A DNA stretch of 64,000 nt from Auanema rhodensis. Its lineage: Eukaryota > Animalia > Nematoda. Location: the NCBI GenBank assembly GCA_964057225.1, contig OZ059894.1:21886001-21950000 (forward strand), in the 5' to 3' direction. Positions within the stretch are counted from its first letter, which is position 1, and the number at the start of each line of letters is the position of its first letter. The position numbers and the translations under genes were made by a program. Of this stretch, positions 39,001-53,200 are shown in pieces. Below the pieces are notes generated by a model that saw nothing but the letters and a program-made list of their open reading frames with translations, was not told where the DNA came from and did no database searches.

Positions 39001-41067
39001 CACCCTGAAGAATTAATTTTTTCGTTGAATAACATTGTCTATCGTCTTTCCCTTGAAAAATGAAATCTAAAAACATCTACTTTTTGCTAAATTATTTTGA
39101 AATTTTTCGAAAAAATTTTTGTCAAAATGTTTTTGGAAGCAATGTTGAGTGTACATGGAAACTCAACATACACTAATGCATCATTTTTCAAACGATCATA
39201 ACTAATTTTTGTATCAAGCGTTTCTTGATGTAGTATAGTGCATTCGATGCGGATTTTTAAGCTGCGTCGATCTGTGTTATCAGATTTGCGCTAGCTTAAA
39301 AATGCACCGAGATATCAACTGATATAAGTTCACACTTATATCCTCGATTTTCACCCTGAAGAATTAATTTTTTCGTTGAATAACATTGTCTATCGTCTTT
39401 GCCTTGAAAAATGGAATCTAAAAACATCTACTTTTTGCTAAATTATTTTGAAATTTTTCGAAAAAATTTTTGTCAAAATGTTTTTGGAAGCAATGTTGAG
39501 TGTACATGGAAACTCAACATACACTAATGCATCATTTTTCAAACAATCATAACTAATTTTTGTATCAAGCGTTTCTCAATGTAGTATAGTGCATTCGATG
39601 CGGATTTTTAAGCTGCGTCGATCTGTGTTATCAGATTTGCGCTAGCTTAAAAATGCACCGAGATATCAACTGATATAAGTTCACACTTATATCCTCGATT
39701 TTCACCCTGAAGAATTAATTTTTTCGTTGAATAACATTGTCTATCGTTTTTCCCTTGAAAAATGAAATCTAAAAACATCTACTTTTTGCTAAATTATTTT
39801 GAAATTTTTCGAAAAAATTTTTGTCAAAATGTTTTTGGAAGCAATGTTGAGTGTACATGGAAACTCAACATACACTAATGCATCATTTTTCAAACGATCA
39901 TAACTAATTTTTGTATCAAGCGTTTCTTGATGTAGTATAGTGCATTCGATGCGGATTTTTAAGCTGCGTCGATCTGTGTTATCAGATTTGCGCTAGCTTA
40001 AAAATGCACCGAGATATCAACTGATATAAGTTCACACTTATATCCTCGATTTTCACCCTGAAGAATTAATTTTTTCGTTGAATAACATTGTCTATCGTCT
40101 TTGCCTTGAAAAATGGAATCTAAAAACATCTACTTTTTGCTAAATTATTTTGAAATTTTTCGAAAAAATTTTTGTCAAAATGTTTTTGGAAGCAATGTTG
40201 AGTGTACATGGAAACTCAACATACACTAATGCATCATTTTTCAAACAATCATAACTAATTTTTGTATCAAGCGTTTCTCAATGTAGTATAGTGCATTCGA
40301 TGCGGATTTTTAAGCTGCGTCGATCTGTGTTATCAGATTTGCGCTAGCTTAAAAATGCACCGAGATATCAACTGATATAAGTTCACACTTATATCCTCGA
40401 TTTTCACCCTGAAGAATTAATTTTTTCGTTGAATAACATTGTCTATCGTCTTTCCCTTGAAAAATGAAATCTAAAAACATCTACTTTTTGCTAAATTATT
40501 TTGAAATTTTTCGAAAAAATTTTTGTCAAAATGTTTTTGGAAGCAATGTTGAGTGTACATGGAAACTCAACATACACTAATGCATCATTTTTCAAACGAT
40601 CATAACTAATTTTTGTATCAAGCGTTTCTCGATGTAGTATAGTGCATTCGATGCGGATTTTTAAGCTGCGTCGATCTGTGTTATCAGATTTGCGCTAGCT
40701 TAAAAATGCACCGAGATATCAACTGATATAAGTTCACACTTATATCCTCGATTTTCACCCTGAAGAATTAATTTTTTCGTTGAATAACATTGTCCATCGT
40801 CTTTGCCTTGAAAAATGGAATCTAAAAACATCTACTTTTTGCTAAATTATCTTGAAATTTTTCGAAAAACTTTTGTCAAAATGTTTTTGGAAGCAATGTT
40901 GAGTGTACATGGAAACTCAACATACACTAATGCATCATTTTTCAAACGATCATAACTAATTTTTGTATCAAGCGTTTCTCGATGTAGTATAGTGCATTCG
41001 ATGCGGATTTTTAAGCTGCGTCGATCTGTGTTATCAGATTTGCGCTAGCTTAAAAATGCACCGAGAT
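21061..41067 (+). repeat. Satellite sub-domain with irregular higher-order units marked by 352-bp and 350-bp monomers
   Basis: Recurrent order: CTGAAAAC monomer, then GATAC/+1A monomer, CAATC monomer, CCCTTG monomer, and GAAAAACTTTT (-1) monomer. Spacings between +1A copies are 1405, 3509, 1405, 2457, 2106 and 5966. Confidence 0.85.
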
Positions 41068-44000
41068 ATCAACTGATATAAGTTCACACTTATATCCTCG
41101 ATTTTCACCCTGAAGAATTAATTTTTTCGTTGAATAACATTGTCCATCGTCTTTGCCTTGAAAAATGGAATCTAAAAACATCTACTTTTTGCTAAATTAT
41201 CTTGAAATTTTTCGAAAAAATTTTTGTCAAAATGTTTTTGGAAGCAATGTTGAGTGTACATGGAAACTCAACATACACTAATGCATCATTTTTCAAACGA
41301 TCATAACTAATTTTTGTATTAAGCGTTTCTCAATGTAGTATAGTGCATTCGATGCGGATTTTTAAGCTGCGTCGATCTGTGTTATCAGATTTGCGCTAAC
41401 TTAAAAATGCACCGAGACATCAACTGATATAAGTTCACACTTATATCCTCGATTTTCACCCTGAAGAATTAATTTTTTCGTTGAATAACATTGTCCATCG
41501 TCTTTGATTTAAAAAAAGGAATCTAAAAACATCTACTTTTTGCTAAATTATTTTGAAATTTTTCGAAAAAATTTTTGTCAAAATGTTTTTGGAAGCAATG
41601 TTGAGTGTACATGGAAACTCAACATACACTAATGCATCATTTTTCAAACGATCATAACTAATTTTTGTATTAAGCGTTTCTCAATGTAGTATAGTGCATT
41701 CGATGCGGATTTTTAAGCTGCGTCGATCTGTGTTATCAGATTTGCGCTAGCTTAAAAATGCACCGAGACATCAACTGATATAAGTTCACACTTATATCCT
41801 CGATTTTCACCCTGAAGAATTAATTTTTTCGTTGAATAACATTGTCCATCGTCTTTGATTTAAAAAAAGGAATCTAAAAACATCTACTTTTTGCTAAATT
41901 ATTTTGAAATTTTTCGAAAAAATTTTTGTCAAAATGTTTTTGGAAGCAATGTTGAGTGTACATGGAAACTCAACATACACTAATGCATCATTTTTCAAAC
42001 GATCATAACTAATTTTTGTATCAAGCGTTTCTCAATGTAGTATAGTGCATTCGATGCGGATTTTTAAGCTGCGTCGATCTGTGTTATCAGATTTGCGCTA
42101 GCTTAAAAATGCACCGAGATATCAACTGATATAAGTTCACACTTATATCCTCGATTTTCACCCTGAAGAATTAATTTTTTCGTTGAATAGCATTGTCCAT
42201 CGTCTTTGCCTTGAAAAAAGAAATCTAAAAACATCTACTTTTTGCTAAATTATTTTGAAATTTTTCGAAAAAATTTTTGTCAAAATGTTTTTGGAAGCAA
42301 TATTGAGTGTACATGGAAACTCAACATACACTAATGCATCATTTTTCAAACGATCATAACTAATTTGTGTATTAAGCGTTTCTCAATGTAGTATAGTGCA
42401 TTCGATGCGGATTTTTAAGCTGCGTCGATCTGTGTTATCAGATTTGCGCTAGCTTAAAAATGCACCGAGATATCAACTGATATAAGTTCACACTTATATC
42501 CTCGATTTTCACCCTGAAGAATTAATTTTTTCGTTGAATAACATTGTCTATCGTCTTTGCCTTGAAAAATGGAATCTAAAAACATCTACTTTTTGCTAAA
42601 TTATTTTGAAATTTTTCGAAAAAATTTTTGTCAAAATGTTTTTGGAAGCAATGTTGAGTGTACATGGAAACTCAACATACACTAATGCATCATTTTTCAA
42701 ACGATCATAACTAATTTTTGTATTAAGCGTTTCGCAATGTAGTATAGTGCATTCGATGCGAATTTTTAAGCTGCGTCGATCTGTGTTATCAGATTTGCGC
42801 TAACTTAAAAATGCACCGAGACATCAACTGATATAAGTTCACACTTATATCCTCGATTTTCACCCTGAAGAATTAATTTTTTCGTTGAAAACCTGTCCAT
42901 CGTCTTTGCTTTAAAAAAGGAATCTAAAAACATCTACTTTTTGCTAAATTATTTTGAAATTTTTCGAAAAAATTTTTGTCAAAATGTTTTTGGAAGCAAT
43001 GTTGAGTGTACATGGAAACTCAACATACACTAATGCATCATTTTTCAAACGATCATAACTAATTTTTGTATCAAGCGTTTCTCAATGTAGTATAGTGCAT
43101 TCGATGCGGATTTTTAAGCTGCGTCGATCTGTGTTATCAGATTTGCGCTAGCTTAAAAATGCACCGAGATATCAACTGATATAAGTTCACACTTATATCC
43201 TCGATTTTCACCCTGAAGAATTAATTTTTTCGTTGAATAGCATTGTCCATCGTCTTTGCCTTGAAAAAAGAAATCTAAAAACATCTACTTTTTGCTAAAT
43301 TATTTTGAAATTTTTCGAAAAAATTTTTGTCAAAATGTTTTTGGAAGCAATGTTGAGTGTACATGGAAACTCAACATACACTAATGCATCATTTTTCAAA
43401 CGATCATAACTAATTTGTGTATTAAGCGTTTCTCAATGTAGTATAGTGCATTCGATGCAGATTTTTAAGCTGCGTCGATCTGTGTTATCAGATTTGCGCT
43501 AGCTTAAAAATGCACCGAGATATCAACTGATATAAGTTCACACTTATATCCTCGATTTTCACCCTGAAGAATTAATTTTTTCGTTGAATAACATTGTCTA
43601 TCGTCTTTGCCTTGAAAAATGGAGTCTAAAAACATCTACTTTTTGCTAAATTATTTTGAAATTTTTCGAAAAAATTTTTGTCAAAATGTTTTTGGAAGCA
43701 ATGTTGAGTGTACATGGAAACTCAACATACACTAATGCATCATTTTTCAAACGATCATAACTAATTTTTGTATCAAGCGTTTCTCGATGTAGTAAAGTGC
43801 ATTCGATGCGGATTTTTAAGCTGCGTCGATCTGTGTTATCAGATTTGCGCTAGCTTAAAAATGCACCGAGATATCAACTGATATAAGTTCACACTTATAT
43901 CCTCGATTTTCACCCTGAAGAATTAATTTTTTCGTTGAATAACATTGTCCATCGTCTTTGCCTTGAAAAATGGAATCTAAAAACATCTACTTTTTGCTAA

Positions 44001-44223
44001 ATTATTTTGAAATTTTTCGAAAAAATTTTTGTCAAAATGTTTTTGGAAGCAATGTTGAGTGTACATGGAAACTCAACATACACTAATGCATCATTTTTCA
44101 AACGATCATAACTAATTTTTGTATTAAGCGTTTCTCAATGTAGTATAGTGCATTCGATGCGGATTTTTAAGCTGCGTCGATCTGTGTTATCAGATTTGCG
44201 CTAGCTTAAAAATGCACCGAGAT

Positions 44224-47200
44224 ATCAACTGATATAAGTTTACACTTATATCCTCGATTTTCACCCTGAAGAATTAATTTTTTCGTTGAATAACATTGTC
44301 CATCGTCTTTGCCTTGAAAAAAGAAATCTAAAAACATCTACTTTTTGCTAAATTATTCTGAAATTTTTCGAAAAAATTTTTGTCAAAATGTTTTTGGAAG
44401 CAATGTTGAGTGTACATGGAAACTCAACATACACTAATGCATCATTTTTCAAACGATCATAACTAATTTGTGTATTAAAAGTTTCTTGATGTAGTATAGT
44501 GCATTCGATGCGGATTTTTAAGCTGCGTCGATCTGTGTTATCAGATTTGCGCTAGCTTAAAAATGCACCGAGATATCAACTGATATAAGTTCACACTTAT
44601 ATCCTCGATTTTCACCCTGAAGAATTAATTTTTTCGTTGAATAACATTGTCCATCGTCTTTGCCTTAAAAAAAGGAATCTAAAAACATCTACTTTTTGCT
44701 AAATTATTTTGAAATTTTTCGAAAAAATTTTTGTCAAAATGTTTTTGGAAGCAATGTTGAGTGTACATGGAAACTCAACATACACTAATGCATCATTTTT
44801 CAAACGATCATAACTAATTTGTGTATTAAAAGTTTCTTGATGTAGTATAGTGCATTCGATGCGGATTTTTAAGCTGCGTCGATCTGTGTTATCCGATTTG
44901 CGCTAGCTTAAAAATGCACCGAGATATCAACTGATATATGTTCACACTTATATCCTCGATTTTCACCCTGAAGAATTAATTTTTTCGTTGAATAACATTG
45001 TCCATCGTCTTTGCCTTGAAAAAAGAAATCTAAAAACATCTACTTTTTGCTAAATTATTTTGAAATTTTTCGAAAAAATTTTTGTCAAAATGTTTTTGGA
45101 AGCAATGTTGAGTGTACATGGAAACTCAACATACACTAATGCATCATTTTTCAAACGATCATAACTAATTTTTGTATCAAACGTTTCTCAATGTAGTATA
45201 GTGCATTCGATGCGGATTTTTAAGCTGCGTCGATCTGTGTTATCAGATTTGCGCTAGCTTAAAAATGCACCGAGATATCAACTGATATAAGTTCACACTT
45301 ATATCCTCGATTTTCACCCTGAAGAATTAATTTTTTCGTTGAATAACATTGTCCATCGTCTTTGCCTTGGAAAAAGGAATCTAAAAACATCTACTTTTTG
45401 CTGAATTATTCTGAAATTTTTCGAAAAAATTTTTATCAAAATGTTTTTGGAAGCAATGTTGAGTGTACATGGAAACTCAACATACACTAATGCATCATTT
45501 TTCAAACGATCATAACTAATTTTTGTATTAAGCGTTTCTCAATGTAGTATAGTGCATTCGATGCGGATTTTTAAGCTGCGTCGATCTGTGTTATCAGATT
45601 TGCGCTAGCTTAAAAATGCACCGAGATATCAACTGATATAAGTTTACACTTATATCCTCGATTTTCACCCTGAAGAATTAATTTTTTCGTTGAATAACAT
45701 TGTCCATCATCTTTGCCTTGAAAAAAGAAATCTAAAAACATCTACTTTTTGCTAAATTATTTTGAAATTTTTCGAAAAAATTTTTGTCAAAATGTTTTTG
45801 GAAGCAATGTTGAGTGTACATGGAAACTCAACATACACTAATGCATCATTTTTCAAACGATCATAACTAATTTTTGTATCAAACGTTTCTCAATGTAGTA
45901 TAGTGCATTCGATGCGGATTTTTAAGCTGCGTCGATCTGTGTTATCAGATTTGCGCTAGCTTAAAAATGCACCGAGATCTCAACTGATATAAGTTCACAC
46001 TTATATCCTCGATTTTCACCCTGAAGAATTAATTTTTTCGTTGAATAACATTGTCCATCGTCTTTGCCTCGGAAAAAGGAATCTAAAAACATCTACTTTT
46101 TGCTGAATTATTCTGAAATTTTTCGAAAAAATTTTTATCAAAATGTTTTTGGAAGCAATGTTGAGTGTACATGGAAACTCAACATACACTAATGCATCAT
46201 TTTTCAAACGATCATAACTAATTTTTGTATTAAGCGTTTCTCAATGTAGTATAGTGCATTCGATGCGGATTTTTAAGCTGCGTCGATCTGTGTTATCAGA
46301 TTTGCGCTAGCTTAAAAATGCACCGAGATATCAACTGATATAAGTTTACACTTATATCCTCGATTTTCACCCTGAAGAATTAATTTTTTCGTTGAATAAC
46401 ATTGTCCATCGTCTTTGCCTTGAAAAAAGAAATCTAAAAACATCTACTTTTTGCTAAATTATTTTGAAATTTTTCGAAAAAATTTTTGTCAAAATGTTTT
46501 TGGAAGCAATGTTGAGTGTACATGGAAACTCAACATACACTAATGCATCATTTTTCAAACGATAATAACTAATTTTTGTATTAAGCGTTTCTCAATGTAG
46601 TATAGTGCATTCGATGCGGATTTTTAAGCTGCGTCGATCTGTGTTATCAGATTTGCGCTAGCTTAAAAATGCACCGAGATATCAACTGATATAAGTTCAC
46701 ACTTATATCCTCGATTTTCACCCTGAAGAATTAATTTTTTCGTTGAATAACATTGTCCATCGTCTTTGCCTTAAAAAAAGGAATCTAAAAACATCTACTT
46801 TTTGCTAAATTATTTTGAAATTTTTCGAAAAAATTTTTGTCAAAATGTTTTTGGAAGCAATGTTGAGTGTACATGGAAACTCAACATACACTAATGCATC
46901 ATTTTTCAAACGATCATAACTAATTTGTGTATTAAAAGTTTCTTGATGTAGTATAGTGCATTCGATGCGGATTTTTAAGCTGCGTCGATCTGTGTTATCC
47001 GATTTGCGCTAGCTTAAAAATGCACCGAGATATCAACTGATATATGTTCACACTTATATCCTCGATTTTCACCCTGAAGAATTAATTTTTTCGTTGAATA
47101 ACATTGTCCATCGTCTTTGCCTTGAAAAAAAAAATCTAAAAACATCTACTTTTTGCTAAATTATTTTGAAATTTTTCGAAAAAATTTTTGTCAAAATGTT

Positions 47201-50200
47201 TTTGGAAGCAATGTTGAGTGTACATGGAAACTCAACATACACTAATGCATCATTTTTCAAACGATCATAACTAATTTGTGTATTAAGCGTTTTTCAATGT
47301 AGTATAGTGCATTCGATGCGGATTTTTAAGCTGCGTCGATCTGTGTTATCCGATTTGCGCTAGCTTAAAAATGCACCGAGATATCAACTGATATATGTTC
47401 ACACTTATATCCTCGATTTTCACCCTGAAGAATTAATTTTTTCGTTGAATAACATTGTCCATCGTCTTTGCCTTGAAAAAAGAAATCTAAAAACATCTAC
47501 TTTTTGCTAAATTATTTTGAAATTTTTCGAAAAAATTTTTGTCAAAATGTTTTTGGAAGCAATGTTGAGTGTACATGGAAACTCAACATACACTAATGCA
47601 TCATTTTTCAAACGATCATAACTAATTTGTGTATTAAGCGTTTCTCAATGTAGTATAGTGCATTCGATGCGGATTTTTACGCTGCGTCGATCTGTGTTAT
47701 CAGATTTGCGCTAGCTTAAAAATGCACCGAGATATCAACTGATATAAGTTCACACTTATATCCTCGATTTTCACCCTGAAGAATTAATTTTTTCGTTGAA
47801 TAACATTGTCCATCGTCTTTGCCTTAAAAAAAGGAATCTAAAAACATCTACTTTTTGCTAAATTATTTTGAAATTTTTCGAAAAAATTTTTGTCAAAATG
47901 TTTTTGGAAGCAATGTTGAGTGTACATGGAAACTCAACATACACTAATGCATCATTTTTCAAACGATCATAACTAATTTTTGTATCAAGCGTTTCTTGAT
48001 GTAGTATAGTGCATTCGATGCGGATTTTTAAGCTGCGTCGATCTGTGTTATCAGATTTGCGCTAGCTTAAAAATGCACCGAGATATCAACTGATATAAGT
48101 TCACACTTATATCCTCGATTTTCACCCTGAAGAATTAATTTTTTCGTTGAATAACATTGTCTATCGTCTTTGCCTTGAAAAATGGAATCTAAAAACATCT
48201 ACTTTTTGCTAAATTATTTTGAAATTTTTCGAAAAAATTTTTGTCAAAATGTTTTTGGAAGCAATGTTGAGTGTACATGGAAACTCAACATACACTAATG
48301 CATCATTTTTCAAACGATCATAACTAATTTGTGTATCAAGCTTTTCTTGATGTAGTATAGTGCATTCGATGCGGATTTTTAAGCTGCGTCGATCTGTGTT
48401 ATCAGATTTGCGCTAGCTTAAAAATGCACCGAGATATCAACTGATATAAGTTCACACTTATATCCTCGATTTTCACCCTGAAGAATTAATTTTTTCGTTG
48501 AATAACATTGTCCATCGTCTTTGCCTTGAAAAAAGAAATCTAAAAACATCTACTTTTTGCTAAATTATTTTGAAATTTTTCGAAAAAATTTTTGTCAAAA
48601 TGTTTTTGGAAGCAATGTTGAGTGTACATGGAAACTCAACATACACTAATGCATCATTTTTCAAACGATCATAACTAATTTGTGTATTAAGCGTTTCTCA
48701 ATGTAGTATAGTGCATTCGATGCGGATTTTTAAGCTGCGTCGATCTGTGTTATCAGATTTGCGCTAGCTTAAAAATGCACCGAGATATCAACTGATATAA
48801 GTTCACACTTATATCCTCGATTTTCACCCTGAAGAATTAATTTTTTCGTTGAATAACATTGTCCATCGTCTTTGCCTTAAAAAAAGGAATCTAAAAACAT
48901 CTACTTTTTGCTAAATTATTTTGAAATTTTTCGAAAAAATTTTTGTCAAAATGTTTTTGGAAGCAATGTTGAGTGTACATGGAAACTCAACATACACTAA
49001 TGCATCATTTTTCAAACGATCATAACTAATTTGTGTATCAAGCGTTTCTTGATGTAGTATAGTGCATTCGATGCGGATTTTTAAGCTGCGTCGATCTGTG
49101 TTATCAGATTTGCGCTAGCTTAAAAATGCACCGAGATATCAACTGATATAAGTTCACACTTATATCCTCGATTTTCACCCTGAAGAATTAATTTTTTCGT
49201 TGAATAACATTGTCCATCGTCTTTGCCTTGAAAAAAGAAATCTAAAAACATCTACTTTTTGCTAAATTATTTTGAAATTTTTCGAAAAAATTTTTGTCAA
49301 AATGTTTTTGGAAGCAATGTTGAGTGTACATGGAAACTCAACATACACTAATGCATCATTTTTCAAACGATCATAACTAATTTGTGTATTAAGCGTTTCT
49401 CAATGTAGTATAGTGCATTCGATGCGGATTTTTAAGCTGCGTCGATCTGTGTTATCAGATTTGCGCTAGCTTAAAAATGCACCGAGATATCAACTGATAT
49501 AAGTTCACACTTATATCCTCGATTTTCACCCTGAAGAATTAATTTTTTCGTTGAATAACATTGTCCATCGTCTTTGCCTTAAAAAAAGGAATCTAAAAAC
49601 ATCTACTTTTTGCTAAATTATTTTGAAATTTTTCGAAAAAATTTTTGTCAAAATGTTTTTGGAAGCAATGTTGAGTGTACATGGAAACTCAACATACACT
49701 AATGCATCATTTTTCAAACGATCATAACTAATTTTTGTATCAAACGTTTCTCAATGTAGTATAGTGCATTCGATGCGGATTTTTAAGCTGCGTCGATCTG
49801 TGTTATCAGATTTGCGCTAGCTTAAAAATGCACCGAGATATCAACTGATATAAGTTCACACTTATATCCTCGATTTTCACCCTGAAGAATTAATTTTTTC
49901 GTTGAATAACATTGTCCATCGTCTTTGCCTTGGAAAAAGGAATCTAAAAACATCTACTTTTTGCTGAATTATTCTGAAATTTTTCGAAAAAATTTTTGTC
50001 AAAATGTTTTTGGAAGCAATGTTGAGTGTACATGGAAACTCAACATACACTAATGCATCATTTTTCAAACGATCATAACTAATTTTTGTATTAAGCGTTT
50101 CTCAATGTAGTATAGTGCATTCGATGCGGATTTTTAAGCTGCGTCGATCTGTGTTATCAGATTTGCGCTAGCTTAAAAATGCACCGAGATATCAACTGAT

Positions 50201-53200
50201 ATAAGTTTACACTTATATCCTCGATTTTCACCCTGAAGAATTAATTTTTTCGTTGAATAACATTGTCCATCGTCTTTGCCTTGAAAAAAAAAATCTAAAA
50301 ACATCTACTTTTTGCTAAATTATTTTGAAATTTTTCGAAAAAATTTTTGTCAAAATGTTTTTGGAAGCAATGTTGAGTGTACATGCAAACTCAACATACA
50401 CTAATGCATCATTTTTCAAACGATCATAACTAATTTGTGTATTAAGCGTTTCTCAATGTAGTATAGTGCATTCGATGCGGATTTTTAAGCTGCGTCGATC
50501 TGTGTTATCAGATTTGCGCTAGCTTAAAAATGCACCGAGATATCAACTGATATAAGTTCACACTTATATCCTCGATTTTCACCCTGAAGAATTAATTTTT
50601 TCGTTGAATAACATTGTCCATCGTCTTTGCCTTAAAAAAAGGAATCTAAAAACATCTACTTTTTGCTAAATTATTTTGAAATTTTTCGAAAAAATTTTTG
50701 TCAAAATGTTTTTGGAAGCAATGTTGAGTGTACATGGAAACTCAACATACACTAATGCATCATTTTTCAAACGATCATAACTAATTTTTGTATCAAACGT
50801 TTCTCAATGTAGTATAGTGCATTCGATGCGGATTTTTAAGCTGCGTCGATCTGTGTTATCAGATTTGCGCTAGCTTAAAAATGCACCGAGATATCAACTG
50901 ATATAAGTTCACACTTATATCCTCGATTTTCACCCTGAAGAATTAATTTTTTCGTTGAATAACATTGTCTATCGTCTTTGCCTTGAAAAATGGAATCTAA
51001 AAACATCTACTTTTTGCTAAATTATTTTGAAATTTTTCGAAAAAATTTTTGTCAAAATGTTTTTGGAAGCAATGTTGAGTGTACATGGAAACTCAACATA
51101 CACTAATGCATCATTTTTCAAACGATCATAACTAATTTGTGTATCAAGCTTTTCTTGATGTAGTATAGTGCATTCGATGCGGATTTTTAAGCTGCGTCGA
51201 TCTGTGTTATCAGATTTGCGCTAGCTTAAAAATGCACCGAGATATCAACTGATATAAGTTCACACTTATATCCTCGATTTTCACCCTGAAGAATTAATTT
51301 TTTCGTTGAATAACATTGTCCATCGTCTTTGCCTTGAAAAAAGAAATCTAAAAACATCTACTTTTTGCTAAATTATTTTGAAATTTTTCGAAAAAATTTT
51401 TGTCAAAATGTTTTTGGAAGCAATGTTGAGTGTACATGGAAACTCAACATACACTAATGCATCATTTTTCAAACGATCATAACTAATTTGTGTATTAAGC
51501 GTTTCTCAATGTAGTATAGTGCATTCGATGCGGATTTTTAAGCTGCGTCGATCTGTGTTATCAGATTTGCGCTAGCTTAAAAATGCACCGAGATATCAAC
51601 TGATATAAGTTCACACTTATATCCTCGATTTTCACCCTGAAGAATTAATTTTTTCGTTGAATAACATTGTCCATCGTCTTTGCCTTAAAAAAAGGAATCT
51701 AAAAACATCTACTTTTTGCTAAATTATTTTGAAATTTTTCGAAAAAATTTTTGTCAAAATGTTTTTGGAAGCAATGTTGAGTGTACATGGAAACTCAACA
51801 TACACTAATGCATCATTTTTCAAACGATCATAACTAATTTTTGTATCAAACGTTTCTCAATGTAGTATAGTGCATTCGATGCGGATTTTTAAGCTGCGTC
51901 GATCTGTGTTATCAGATTTGCGCTAGCTTAAAAATGCACCGAGATATCAACTGATATAAGTTCACACTTATATCCTCGATTTTCACCCTGAAGAATTAAT
52001 TTTTTCGTTGAATAACATTGTCCATCGTCTTTGCCTTGGAAAAAGGAATCTAAAAACATCTACTTTTTGCTGAATTATTCTGAAATTTTTCGAAAAAATT
52101 TTTGTCAAAATGTTTTTGGAAGCAATGTTGAGTGTACATGGAAACTCAACATACACTAATGCATCATTTTTCAAACGATCATAACTAATTTTTGTATTAA
52201 GCGTTTCTCAATGTAGTATAGTGCATTCGATGCGGATTTTTAAGCTGCGTCGATCTGTGTTATCAGATTTGCGCTAGCTTAAAAATGCACCGAGATATCA
52301 ACTGATATAAGTTTACACTTATATCCTCGATTTTCACCCTGAAGAATTAATTTTTTCGTTGAATAACATTGTCCATCGTCTTTGCCTTGAAAAAAAAAAT
52401 CTAAAAACATCTACTTTTTGCTAAATTATTTTGAAATTTTTCGAAAAAATTTTTGTCAAAATGTTTTTGGAAGCAATGTTGAGTGTACATGCAAACTCAA
52501 CATACACTAATGCATCATTTTTCAAACGATCATAACTAATTTTTGTATTAAGCGTTTCTCAATGTAGTATAGTGCATTCGATGCGGATTTTTAAGCTGCG
52601 TCGATCTGTGTTATCAGATTTGCGCTAGCTTAAAAATGCACCGAGATATCAACTGATATAAGTTCACACTTATATCCTCGATTTTCACCCTGAAGAATTA
52701 ATTTTTTCGTTGAATAACATTGTCCATCGTCTTTGCCTTGGAAAAAGGAATCTAAAAACATCTACTTTTTGCTGAATTATTCTGAAATTTTTCGAAAAAA
52801 TTTTTGTCAAAATGTTTTTGGAAGCAATGTTGAGTGTACATGGAAACTCAACATACACTAATGCATCATTTTTCAAACGATCATAACTAATTTGTGTATT
52901 AAGCGTTTCTCAATGTAGTATAGTGCATTCGATGCGGATTTTTAAGCTGCGTCGATCTGTGTTATCAGATTTGCGCTAGCTTAAAAATGCACCGAGATAT
53001 CAACTGATATAAGTTTACACTTATATCCTCGATTTTCACCCTGAAGAATTAATTTTTTCGTTGAATAACATTGTCTATCGTCTTTGCCTTGAAAAAAAAA
53101 ATCTAAAAACATCTACTTTTTGCTAAATTATTTTGAAATTTTTCGAAAAAATTTTTGTCAAAATGTTTTTGGAAGCAATGTTGAGTGTACATGGAAACTC

